This document shows positions 27,730 to 39,641 of a stretch of DNA of 64,000 nucleotides, one piece after another. The position numbers were made by a program, and so were the translations under genes. Each line of letters begins with the position of its first letter. Position 1 is the stretch's first letter. The stretch comes from Octopus vulgaris (lineage: Eukaryota): the NCBI GenBank assembly GCA_951406725.2, contig OX597818.1, forward strand, positions 116,126,001 to 116,190,000. The letters are read 5' to 3'. The notes under the pieces are model-generated. The model did no database searches. It worked only from the letters and a program-made list of their open reading frames with translations, and was not told the DNA's origin.

Positions 27730-28530
27730 CACACGCACACATACATACATAATATAAATATCACACAAATACACCTAGCATATATATACACACATACAAT
27801 ACACACATACAATACACACATACAGCATGTAAGTAATATACATACACAATATATGCATGCAATATACATACGCAATACATACATATAATATATATATATA
27901 TAGACAATGCATATACATATATACACATATACATATAAATAGTGTTTACATACACATACATAGATGTACCACATATACACACAATACACATACATACAAT
28001 GCATACACATACACGTACGCATACATATAATATATATATACACACACACACATAACATACATACACAATGCATACATATATATACACGCAATGCATATAC
28101 ATGTATTCATGCATATATAGCACACCTACAATATACATATATACAATGCACACATACACACACATATATACACTTAATTGTACACGTACATATACAATAC
28201 ACATACATACAATATACATATACACAATGCGCATGCAAATAATGTACATGTTTATACACACATAAACATGCAAATAAATATACACACACACACATATATA
28301 TACACATATATATATATATATACACACATACATACATACATACATGCACATACATATATTTTTTCACACACATACACACACACATATATATATATAAAAT
28401 TCACCCCCCCACACACACACACAAATTACAAACCTATAGCGTACACACTCAAATATATCTCTACATGCCGCACACACACACAAACAAAGTACTAACATAT
28501 ACACACATACCATGCATATACACACACACA

Positions 28531-28577
<47 letters not shown>

Positions 28578-28781
28578 CAAATACACATGTAAATACATAC
28601 ACACGTACACAATGCTCACACACACACACACATACACACACACCCGCACACAGTGCACACACACACACACACACATATATACACACGTGCACACACACAC
28701 ACACACAACGCACGCGCACACACACATATACACACACACGCACACAGTGCACACACACACACACACATATATATATACACC

Positions 28782-28828
<47 letters not shown>

Positions 28829-29013
28829 CACTCACACACATACATCACCTACATATATATAAAGCATGCGTGTGCATGCCACGTATGTGTGCGGTCAATG
28901 CCCGCTAGTGTGTCCTATGCGTGCCGATGCGCGCATGTGCCCGCCCGCACGATATGCTGTGAGCGTGCGCGCGTCCCTGTGTGCTTGCTCTGGATGTGCT
29001 TCCAGGGGGTATG

Positions 29014-31290
29014 TTAGAGTATGTTTAGTTGTGGTCTGTATTTTTGAATAAGATTACTTTCCTTATTTATTCGTGTTTGGTCTGTGGTGTTGTCCGAGTA
29101 TTGGTATAGTGGGAAGACTAAGAATTTGGGGGACTTATTGTGTGCACAAAGGTCTAAGTGTCCACTTAGTGGTATCTGTCTTGTGGAGGGGTCCCTCAGT
29201 TGTTGTCGGTGAACTGTCATTCTGTCTCTGAGGGTAAGGCTCGTTTGCCCTATGTAGTCTTCGTGGCATCCTTCACACCTTATGACGTAGAGTAAATTTT
29301 TTGATGCGCACGTGAAATTATTTTTTATGATGAATGTGTGTCCCGAGTGGAACTTGTACGACGATCCCTCAATGAGGTGGATGCAGGTCTTGCAGTTGGG
29401 GCGACCACATTTTTTGATGGTGGGCGGTGGGTTTGTGTTGTGTAATTTTGCGTTGGTGAGGAGGTTTTTTAGGGATTTAGGTTGTCTCTTACTTTTTATT
29501 ATTTTATGAGCTGCCAGTATTTTTTTCAGGCGTGGGTCTTGATTTAGTTGTGGAATGTTGTTGTATATAATAGTGTAAGCTTCTGCATTCCTTGGGTTGT
29601 GTGTTGAGAGATAAGGGAGGCTATTGACTGTACTGTGGATGTGTTTGGGTTTTCGAAGGTCTTGAATGTTGATTGATTTGGCCCGTTCTATTCCGTTGTC
29701 TACTAGTGATGCCGGGTAATGTCTTTCGAGAAGAATTGCCCTTAGTTCCCGGAGTCTTCTATTTCGTGTTGTGTCATTTGAGACAATAGTGCAGATTCTT
29801 CTCGCTAGGTTGAAGGGGATATTTGTCTTTGTGTGTTTTGGGTGATTGGAGGTGAATAGAAGGTATTGTTTAGAGTCAGTGGGTTTGTAATGGATGTCAG
29901 TTTCAATGTTGACGCCTTTTTTAATGATTAGGATGTCAAGAAAAGGGAGTTGGTCCTGACTATATTCCATTGTGAATTGAATGTTGTTATTTACACTGTT
30001 GATAAGGTTTTTGAAGTCTATAAGTTGGTCGAGTGTGTGGGACCATAGGATGAGGCAATCATCTAAGTAGCGTTTCCAGTTCTCCAACAGGTATTTGTGG
30101 AAAGACTGGCCGTACTTATATTTGGATTTTTCATAGATATGTGATTCCAGGTAGGCCATCACCAGGTTTGCATAGGTAGGTGCAACTTTCGTACCCATTG
30201 CAGTTCCTGAGACCTGTCTGTAAGTGTTGTTGTGGAAATACATGAAGTTGTTTTGCAGAATAAATTTGAGGCCCTCAATTATGAATTCTTTTTTAATTCT
30301 TTCCGGGATCTCATTGGGATATTTATCCAGCCAGAATTTAATGGCTTCCAGTCCAAATTCATGTGGGATTGTGGTGTAAAGATTAATAACATCAAAAGAA
30401 ACGATTAAGGTGTCTTTATCGGCATGTTTGGGGAGATGGTTTAATAGGTCCAGGTCATCTCTTACAATACTTGGAATGTGTTTCAGTATTGACTTTAAGA
30501 TGATATCTATAAAGTTGCTAAGTCTGTGTGTTTCACAACTTGGGCCTGCCACTATTGGTCTCAGTTTGAGATCAGTGGGATGTGGTATAGTGATGCAGGT
30601 TGAAGTGGACTTTTTGAAAGTTTCTGTGATAATTTGACTCTTGTGTATTTTTGGAAGCCCATAGAGTGTGCTGGTTTTGCAATTAAATTTAGTAATGTAG
30701 TCGCATTCCTTTGCTGTCAAGTCATTCCGGTGTTGGTAAATGAGTGCCTTCAGATTGGTCATTGTTTTGGATTGCTGGTAGTCGACTACTCTTTCGTAGT
30801 ATGTGGTATCCTCTAAAAGGAGAGATACAGAGTTTTTATATTGCTCAGTATTCATAACAACGACCGTACTACCCTTATCAGCTTCCTTTATTGTGACGTC
30901 ATGATTGTCTCGTAGCGTATGGATGATTTCCCATTCTCTTTTACTGGTGTTGGGTTTGAGTTTAGGTTGTGGGAGTTCACCATAAGGGAAGTTGGAGATG
31001 TAATCGCAAAATTTGTCTAAGGTTTTGTTTTTGCCTTTTATGGGATTATAGTTGCTTTTGTTACAGACCATTGATTCGTCGTTATTATTAGTTTTCCTGT
31101 CAAAAAATTCCTCTGTGAGGCGTAATTTTCTGCAAAAGTGCGAGATGTCATCCTGTATTTCCCTCAGGTTAGGGTATTGCGGAGTTGGGGTGAATTTTAG
31201 TCCTCTTGAAAGGATTTTTATTTGTGGTGTCGACAGGTTTAGGTTAGAAAGATTCACTATTTTTGGTTTTTCGGGGTTGGTATCTACCAT
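29014..31290 (-). CDS. PLE reverse transcriptase / GIY-YIG endonuclease, 758 aa, uninterrupted
   Basis: IVNLS, LYGLPKIHK, LRPIV, SFDVINLYTTIP, YRQVSGTAMG, WKRYLDD, LPFLDI, HYKPT; CGRPNCKTC linker; NLLYVIRCEGCHEDYIGQT GIY-YIG motif. Confidence 0.95.
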   Translation of the reverse strand: MVDTNPEKPKIVNLSNLNLSTPQIKILSRGLKFTPTPQYPNLREIQDDISHFCRKLRLTEEFFDRKTNNNDESMVCNKSNYNPIKGKNKTLDKFCDYISNFPYGELPQPKLKPNTSKREWEIIHTLRDNHDVTIKEADKGSTVVVMNTEQYKNSVSLLLEDTTYYERVVDYQQSKTMTNLKALIYQHRNDLTAKECDYITKFNCKTSTLYGLPKIHKSQIITETFKKSTSTCITIPHPTDLKLRPIVAGPSCETHRLSNFIDIILKSILKHIPSIVRDDLDLLNHLPKHADKDTLIVSFDVINLYTTIPHEFGLEAIKFWLDKYPNEIPERIKKEFIIEGLKFILQNNFMYFHNNTYRQVSGTAMGTKVAPTYANLVMAYLESHIYEKSKYKYGQSFHKYLLENWKRYLDDCLILWSHTLDQLIDFKNLINSVNNNIQFTMEYSQDQLPFLDILIIKKGVNIETDIHYKPTDSKQYLLFTSNHPKHTKTNIPFNLARRICTIVSNDTTRNRRLRELRAILLERHYPASLVDNGIERAKSINIQDLRKPKHIHSTVNSLPYLSTHNPRNAEAYTIIYNNIPQLNQDPRLKKILAAHKIIKSKRQPKSLKNLLTNAKLHNTNPPPTIKKCGRPNCKTCIHLIEGSSYKFHSGHTFIIKNNFTCASKNLLYVIRCEGCHEDYIGQTSLTLRDRMTVHRQQLRDPSTRQIPLSGHLDLCAHNKSPKFLVFPLYQYSDNTTDQTRINKESNLIQKYRPQLNIL

Positions 31291-31753
31291 CTGGTGTCGT
31301 GGAAACTGATGCCCTTGCCTAAAAAAGGAATCCTGGGGGTTCTTCTATTTGCGGTATTTTGCTGTATGTGATTCTGTCCCCCGTTGACATGTCTGTTGAA
31401 GAGGTTTTGGTTGTTGTGATTCTGTCCCCCGTTGCTATGTTGTCTGTTGAGGAGGTTTTAGTTGTTCCAGGGTCTGGGTTGTTGGTGTGGCCTCCTGGAA
31501 GAGTTTTGGTTATTCCAGGGTTTGGGTTGTTTGTCCTGGGTGTAATGTTGGTTCCTTAGAGTGGGTTGGAAACTATATTCATGGTTTAGAAGTGAATTCC
31601 TATATGTTGGGGGAGAACTCTGAGTTAGGAGCGGTTTGGGTTGGAATCTAGATTCATAGTTCAGAGATGGGTTTCTAAGTGATGGGTAGGATCTCCGAAT
31701 CTGGAACGGTTCTTGTGTGGGTTGGGGTTTACGTTGTCTGGTAAAGTTTTGTC
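31284..31753 (-). pseudogene. Truncated upstream ORF1 of the PLE (N/Q/P/R-rich) with one nonsense codon
   Basis: Frame reads RQNFTRQRKPQPTQEPF...PWNNQNS...PWNN*NLLNRQ...RTPRIPFLGKGISFHDTRW*; the single TAA (31458-31460) sits where sister repeats have CAA. Confidence 0.6.
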
Positions 31754-32429
31754 GTGTGACAAACAGACGCTATCTGACGCTATCTGACCAGCAGGCACGG
31801 ACACATCTATTCACACCCGCATACTAACCTCCTGATAACCCCAAAATCATTCATGCATAAAGGGGAAGTATACACCACATTGGCTACTTCTTCTGTTCTC
31901 TCAGTTCAGCCTTTCTGCTAATACCGACAGGTCAGTAAAAACATATTCTCGCCTTGTACTTAAAATATTCTGAGATGTATAAAAAATCCATTTTAATTTT
32001 TGCTGTCAAAAGGCTGTATATATATACCAAAGATTGTATATATATACATGTAATGTGACAATTTGCGACAACCAATAATTAACGCAACCAATTCCCAATA
32101 ATATATTTGTTTTATCCTTTTCTGCCAAATTTTCCCAAATATTCTCATCACACTATTGAACTTCTCTGTTACCAAACACTATATTTATACATGTAATGTG
32201 ACAATTATGTATAAAAAAACATTTTTGAATTCATAATATCCAATGTGACAATTATGTAAAAAACTTTTTTGAATGCATAATATTCAATGTGACAATTATG
32301 TAAAAAAACTTTTTTTGAACCCATATTATTCAATGTTTCCTTAAATGTAACTTTTGACAATCTTTTACCAAAGAGTGAAACCGGTTAAGTAAATAAACAT
32401 CGTTTAAATTGCATTTTCAAACCTTTTTT

Positions 32430-32433
<4 letters not shown>
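31754..32433 (+). repeat. Inverted 5' pseudo-LTR of the PLE (hammerhead motif 32350-32390)
   Basis: Differences seen versus the 3' pLTR: a 10-bp duplication (cgctatctga) and one substitution. Confidence 0.92.
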
Positions 32434-32468
<35 letters not shown>

Positions 32469-32479
32469 CATCTTGATCA

Positions 32480-32877
32480 CCTAGCGCTCGAGTCCGAAAA
32501 ACAGTCCGTCGTTCATAGGCAAGGATGTATGGCCCTCGAGAAACCCCGATCTCAACCTGTTGGATTTTTCTGTTTGGTCCATTTTGGAGACGAGGGTCTC
32601 GAGCACTCCTCATGATTCGCTCACGCTCTGAAGGCTAAATTGCGCCAGGAATGGGCTTCGATGCCACAAGAACAGTTGCCTGACCGCATGTTTAGCATTC
32701 GCACCTAGACGTAAGGTTGTGATTCGAAACAGAGGTGGTCATATCGAATAAACGTGGTAATGTCATAATTGTGTTTCCTTTACCATTGCATCGCAACGCT
32801 CGGACTCCAAATTTAATAATATTTTTCTATGATAAAATTGAAAAATAGTTCGTTGCCTTAATTTTGGGCACCCCGTA
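32480..32877 (+). mobile_element. Tc1/maT-like transposon 3' fragment
   Basis: Translates WPSRNPDLNLLDFSVWSILE (WPxxSPDLNPxD motif); ends with TIR-like ttgccttaattttgggcaccccg then TA. Confidence 0.75.
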
Positions 32878-32961
32878 TGTATGTATGTTTGTATGTATGT
32901 ATATGTTTGTATGTATTATGTTTTTTATGTATGTATGCTTATATGTATGTGTGTACGTGTG

Positions 32962-33008
<47 letters not shown>

Positions 33009-33111
33009 ATTAAGGGTTTAGCAACGATTTGCCTCACCACACACCGAGTTTAGAAATAGCAGTCAAAGAGTTATAGCTATTCTTTCTACTAAAAGGGAGA
33101 TCTCAGTAAAA

Positions 33112-33191
<80 letters not shown>

Positions 33192-33300
33192 TAAAAACCA
33201 CATATATATATATATATATAATTAAGAAGTAAATGGTATAGTTACCGACTTTATACACTACAACCAATTAGTGCTCTCTCTCTCTCTCTATATATATAAA

Positions 33301-33333
<33 letters not shown>

Positions 33334-33358
33334 ATATATGTATATATATATATGTATA

Positions 33359-33416
<58 letters not shown>

Positions 33417-34156
33417 TGTATATATCCATTTGCACACAAGTACATACGTTCGTTCGTTTATACCGCAATCGTATCAGCCACCTGCAGAGGTGATAGATTC
33501 ATTGTACTCTCAATAGGTTTATAAAACCGTCATATTCCATATTGTGAATTTAAAACATTTCCGATTAGCATCCTCTAAGATATTTCCCATCAAAAGAACA
33601 CACAACACATCGTAATATACTGTATGTGAATGCAATTCTGTGTTATTAACTCTAATGTTTGACTACTCGTATTTACGAAAGAACATAATACGTAGTGTAA
33701 ATATGCGGCGCCATGATAACACGTTTGGAAACCTTACTCCATTATCTCCGTCTTCACGCTTGTCACGTCACCACAAAACTCAGCGCATCCAGGCAGTTAG
33801 AATCGATATTATTTGTATTATTATCTGACTAACGTTAATATACTTACACGAACCGTACAAAGAAAGAATTCTATTCGTTGGATTTTGTTTGATTCTTCAC
33901 TTATGTTCCAAAGAAAGTTAACTGAAGTATCGCATCCTAACACGTATTTACATTATTTTTGACATTATTATTAGCATTAACGAAACCCGTATAAAATTCT
34001 ACAGTAGATTCAAAAAGTATCTGGATGCCTTTGCTAAAATTCAGTGTTGCCAGCCCCATCATCATTAATAGAATAAACTTTTAAAGCACATGAATTTTAC
34101 CCATCACATCTTGGAAGATATATTTTCTTAATGTTATGTTCCTGATTTAAATTAGA

Positions 34157-34554
34157 CTAGCAGTATCGCCCGGCGTTGCTCGGGTTTGTAAGGGAAATAA
34201 CTATATAAGCATTTTTAGAGAGTTATAGCCAAACAATAGCAAAAAAATGCATTAAAAATGGAAAAAAAATGATGGTAATTTTTTTTAAAAATCGTTGACT
34301 CATCGTAGACATTTTTAGAGAGTTACTTTCCTTATATAATAGCGAAAAAATGCATTAAAATGGAAAAAAATGATGGTAAATATTTTTTTAAATCGTAGAC
34401 TCATCGTAGACGCGCGCTAATACCCAGAAGGGCTCGATATGAATCACGACTATAAGATACCCGGTTTTGGTCAAACTGCACCGCAAAATGTGGGAGTAGT
34501 TAGGAATCTAAATCGTAGGAGACAGACACACAACTTGACTTTTATATATAAAGA
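34157..34554 (-). mobile_element. Non-autonomous Helitron
   Basis: Minus strand starts TCtttatatataaaag, ends cccgagcaacgccggg hairpin ...CTAG; inserted between A and T with no TSD; internal tandem duplication. Confidence 0.85.
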
Positions 34555-34859
34555 TATCAATAATTTTGAAGGCAGGGGTAGTTAATACTATCATTCCCAA
34601 TATATGACTAGTAAATTAATTTTTGACCACCTAAACAATGAAAGGCAAAGTTGACTCTAGTGGCATTTGAAACGAGATCGTAAAGAGTTAGAAACAAATA
34701 AGGTGACTCTAGTGGAATTTGAAACGAGAACGCAAAGAGTCGGAACAAGTTGACTCTGGTGGCATTCGAAAGGAGAACGTAAAGAGTCGGAACAAATAAT
34801 GAATGACCTTTTTAGCAACTCTTTAACGTTTCTGCCATCTCGTTGCCACAGTCGCCAAA

Positions 34860-35074
34860 TATCACGGTTTCCAATTTTGGCACAAGGCCCCCAATTTTGA
34901 GGGAGGAGTAAGTGGATTACAACGATCCCAGTGTTCAACTGATACGTATTTCATCGAGCCCGCGAGGACGAAAAACAAAGTCAGCCTCGGCGGAATTTGA
35001 ACCTAAAGTCAACTTCGAAATGCTGCTAATCGTTTTGGTCGACGTTCTAACGGTTTTGCCAGCTCGCCGCCTTA
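34860..35074 (-). mobile_element. Diverged family C-like SINE with alternative tail
   Basis: gccagctcgccgcctt head, ggcggaatttgaac B-box region. Confidence 0.65.
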
Positions 35075-35640
35075 AAAACGTCTAATATATCCAAAAGTAG
35101 GAATGAATGTCTAAGGATTTTAGCAATATTTTCTGAGTTATTCGATTTCTAGTATTGGAATTATATCCATGCTTTTCGATATTATTATGACCGGAATTAA
35201 TTATGTTGTCAACATTTATTTTCCTCATTTCTCTTTTAGACAAATATATTAATCAGATTTCTATGCATGAACGATATCACAAGTTAACTAAATCGAGGAT
35301 TAAAGCTAGAATCTTTACACATTTAGCCTATTAAAAAAAAATATATATTAGCATTAAAATATAATTGGAAAATAAAATTTACATATTACTATAGCTACGT
35401 GAAAATAACTTATTCAATTAATACAGTTTCTACCTTAAATATAATCTCTTTTAGCATCTGAGACACGTCAAGGAGGAAAAATCATATCTTCTTACCTAAA
35501 TTTATAATCAAAATGCATAAACACTGTTCAGTGAATACAAATGTACACCTTGCATGTAAGTAAGAAGTTTTTCCTTTCGAAATAAATTTGGAGCCTGACA
35601 TAACATTTACTTTGGTAGGAAGTCACAATTGAACTAATAA

Positions 35641-35945
35641 TCTTTTACTCTTTTACTTGTTTCAGTCATTTGACTGCGGCCATGCTGGAGCACTGCCTCT
35701 AGTCGAGCAAATCGACCCCAGGACTTATTCTTTGTAAGCCTAGTACTTATTCTATCGGTTTCTTTTGCCGAACCGTTAAGTTACGGGGACGTAAACACAC
35801 CAGCATCGGTTATCAAGCGATGTTGGCAAAAAAAATAAGTACTAGGCTTACAAAGAATAAGTCCTGGGGTCGATTTTCTCGACTAAAGGCGGTACTCCAG
35901 CATGCCACATGACTGAAACAAGTAAAAGAATAAAATAATAAAAGA
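35641..35945. repeat. Inverted pair of family B SINE 3' halves
   Basis: 35641-35750 complementary to 35834-35945 (gacttattctttgtaagcctagtacttat / ataagtactaggcttacaaagaataagtc). Confidence 0.85.
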
Positions 35946-36291
35946 ATGTTTTAAGTCGTATACTAAAGTCTTTAAACCAAGAAAAACAAAAACATCTTCG
36001 AAAACGTCGCTCTAAATATATTTTATTTATAAAGAAAATCCCCGATGATAAATGCTGGATTAAAAACTGGTTACGAGCTGGACGTGAACATCACGCAAAA
36101 AACGTTATAGTTCTAATTATAACGACATTGCGTAGCAATGAAGAGCGTCTCAGCATTTAATCATTGTTGATGTTTTTGAGCATATTTTTTTCATCGGTGT
36201 TTCTAATGTTACTTTTCTTTTCATGAATGCTTTTCGTTGTTTGAAAGCGGGGAAATGTTTGTGAAACAGAATAGCAATAATTCACGTGCAA

Positions 36292-36368
<77 letters not shown>

Positions 36369-36386
36369 CTCTATGTATCTATCAGC

Positions 36387-36467
<81 letters not shown>

Positions 36468-37570
36468 CTGAGGCAGTTAGCTGGCGGAATCACTTGCACG
36501 CCGGGCAAATTATTCAGCGGCACTTCGTATCCATTGAGCCTTGGAGTCGATGTAATTCCCAGATATTAGATGTTAATTAAGACCATGATTTCTATGGAGC
36601 CGCATCAGCGTTTCATAAAGTAAATCCATTGGTGAATGACCTATAAGTTTAAAGCTACTTCGTCCCCTTATTGCATACCCTACCAACCGAAGTTGATGCT
36701 TTACAGCGATAGTTTGGATTCTTATCGATTATATTCCATCCTTTTGCTAGTGCATTATTGTAAGTGACGTAGAGAATCAATATGACGTTCAGGATTGGTC
36801 ATAATTTTACTTGATATAGTCTCTTAAGTTAGCTGATATATCGTTAACATTTTCTCCTAGTTTTACAATCCATTGTAGCAGTGTATTGATAAGAAAAGAC
36901 TGAAAGGCGAACAGAAAAATTCAATTAGATATACTTGAAAACAAACGATAATTAAAATTTTCTAATAAATGGGTATATATATCAAATATACGATATCTCT
37001 AAACATCACCGAATATTAATATAGGCGTATTGTGTATACTCTGATATACTTCAAGAATGTTCAACAGATTGAACGCTGTTCTTGGTTACTTTTTATTTTC
37101 TTGAGAAAAAGCAAAGATCTAAAGCCCTCACTTTCTGAAAAATACGATTGCACATAAACAGATCGATGTAAAAAAAAAGCGGATTGCACAATCGGTAAAA
37201 CATTATAAAAAAACTGCCTTGCAGTAGTTAATTACGGTTCCTTCCGTTTAGATTCAGCCGAAATTTTGCTGAGATATATTTTGCGTTTCGTTGATCCTAT
37301 TTCGATAAAATAAGTACCAAGCAATTACTGAGGCCGATATAATCAACGAAATAAACTCCGTCTAAAAGCTTACACTTATGTTTTCTACTCTTCCTCTCCT
37401 TATCATCATCGTTAACATCATTATCTTATGTTAGCTTTTCTATACAGGTATTGGACAGGTTTCTTGGAGTATTGCTTTACATATAGATATCTTTCTTGTC
37501 TTCAATACGTTTACCCAGTTTTTACGACATGCAGAGATGCTGCATACATTTTCTAAAACCAGTAATAGCA

Positions 37571-37943
37571 GTGGCACTCCGTCAGTTACGACGACGAGGG
37601 TTTCAGTTAATCAACGGAACAGCCTGCTCGTGAAATTAACGTGCAAGTGGCTGAGAACTCCACAGACACGTGTACCCTTAAGGTAGTGCTCGGAGAGATT
37701 CAGCGCGACACAGAGTGTGACAAAGTCGTCCCTTTGAAATACAGGTAGAATAGAAACAGAAAGAGTGAGAGAAAGTTGTGATGAAAGAATACAGTAGGGT
37801 TCGCCACCATCCCCTGACGGAGCCTCGTCAAGCTTTAGGTGTTTTCGCTCAATAAACACTCGTAACGCCCAGTTTGAGAATCGAAACTGCGATCCGCCGA
37901 CCGCGAGTCCGCTGCCCTAAACCATTGGGCCTTTGTATCTCCA
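37571..37943 (-). mobile_element. Family A SINE, near full length
   Basis: Reverse-complement homolog of 13458-13836. Confidence 0.8.
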
Positions 37944-37995
37944 CCGGAATAGCAGTAATATATAACGAATACGCAGGAATAAGTTCGGAGACCCT

Positions 37996-38323
37996 ATTCG
38001 GTCACGACACAGACCATGGGATTGCACCTAGAAAGTTACCCTCCTAGACACAATCCGGGCGAGGTTGTTTATGGAAGACCAGCAGTCGCCCATGCATACC
38101 AGCCTCCCCTCTTTACGCCACCAGTGTTATCCAAGGTAAAGACAAAGGTCGATACAGCTTGGCACCAATGACGTCGCAACTCATTTCTACAGCTGAGTGA
38201 ACTGGAGCAACGTGAAATAAAGTGCCTTGCTCAAGAACACAACATGCAGCCCGGTCCGGGATTCGAGCTCACAACCTCACGATCGTAAGCTCGACGCTCT
38301 AACCACTGAGCCATGCGCCTTCA
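37996..38323 (-). mobile_element. tRNA-derived SINE (family D)
   Basis: Head ggcgcatggctcagtggttagagcg...gagctcgaatccc, central tgtgttcttgagcaaggcactttatttcacgttgctccag. Confidence 0.75.
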
Positions 38324-38735
38324 CATAAGGAATAAGTGGAACGATACTAAACATGCAATCCATACACAAATGAACTAGGCAAACAGTTATATATCCTACG
38401 ATCAGCTCCGAGCGTATTTACAAATCAAACCTGGTAATTAAACAAAAAGAATATGAAACTAATAAAAATACTGATTAAATCATAAAAGAATAATTTTCAA
38501 AATATGGTCATCTACTTAATTAAAACATTAAAGCATTATTAAAACATTGATCCTCCCACACAGGACAGTCAGAATATAATGCGATACCAACTATTTATGG
38601 ATTGCTATTAATTATAGAATGAAAATTAAACTTTATGCAGAAATGATCATAGAAGACTACAAATACAACACACAACACAAACATAAGCTATAATAAGCGC
38701 AAACATCAACTCTCATTCACACACACACACTTACA

Positions 38736-38814
<79 letters not shown>

Positions 38815-38949
38815 GCACGCAATTATATCGCTGTTATTTCTCTGGAACCGAGGGTTTTTCAGCTGACAGATCAGCACTTTTGCTTTCAACCAGAACTGAA
38901 AATAGCTGCGTCTCGTTCATATTTTGAATTTTTTGTTGAAAATACACCA

Positions 38950-39028
<79 letters not shown>

Positions 39029-39431
39029 GATGAAATCTTTTGTACATGAGATGAAACAAAATCTATTAAAGAATATTGTTTATTCAGTTTGGTCTTCTGG
39101 CTGAGTGTATATGAGTGCATATGTCGCATGCACATACATTCATTGCATGGCTGCCTTAGCGCTTGCTGTAATAATTTATTTCTGAGAAACATTTTCAAAG
39201 AGGGTTGTGTGTGGAAATCATACAGGTCACCTTAGAACACCAGACATGGAGATTCAACCTTATTTGACCTCCTAAGTAACGAATATCTCGGACATTCTAA
39301 GCTAAACTAAAAAAAATGTTTGTTCCAATATTTTTATGCGCCCTTTTCAAGCCTAGCCAGGCTCATGGGTCCTGTTTCCCGGTTTCTATGGCGTATGTGT
39401 TCCCCCCAGCTGGACGGGACGCCAGTCCATC

Positions 39432-39628
39432 GCAGAAACAGGAAGAAAGAGTGGGAGAAAGTTGGGGCGAAAGATTACAACAGGGGTCGCCAACACTCCC
39501 TGCCGGAGGCTCGTGGAGCTTTAGGTATTTTCGCTCAATAAACACACACAACGCCCGGTCTGGCAATCGAAACCGCGACCCTCCGACCGCGAGTCCGCTG
39601 CCCTAACCACTGGACCATTGCGCCTCCA
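39432..39628 (-). mobile_element. Family A SINE 5' portion
   Basis: ggaggcgcaatggtccagtggttagggcagcggactcgcgg head. Confidence 0.75.
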
Positions 39629-39641
39629 CTTGTTCCGATAT

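Larger units (their letters stand above)
26761..32433 (-). mobile_element. Penelope-like retroelement (Neptune/Nematis type), 5'-truncated with inverted pLTR, in (TA)n
   Basis: RT+GIY-YIG ORF; 3' pLTR 26800-27469 and inverted copy 31754-32433 are nearly identical; 39-bp extra tail 26761-26799; (TA)n on both sides. Confidence 0.92.

Noticed and set aside
29014-31290. Naiad-type (N-terminal endonuclease, selenocysteine) PLE
   Set aside because: GIY-YIG is C-terminal and the ORF has no in-frame TGA.
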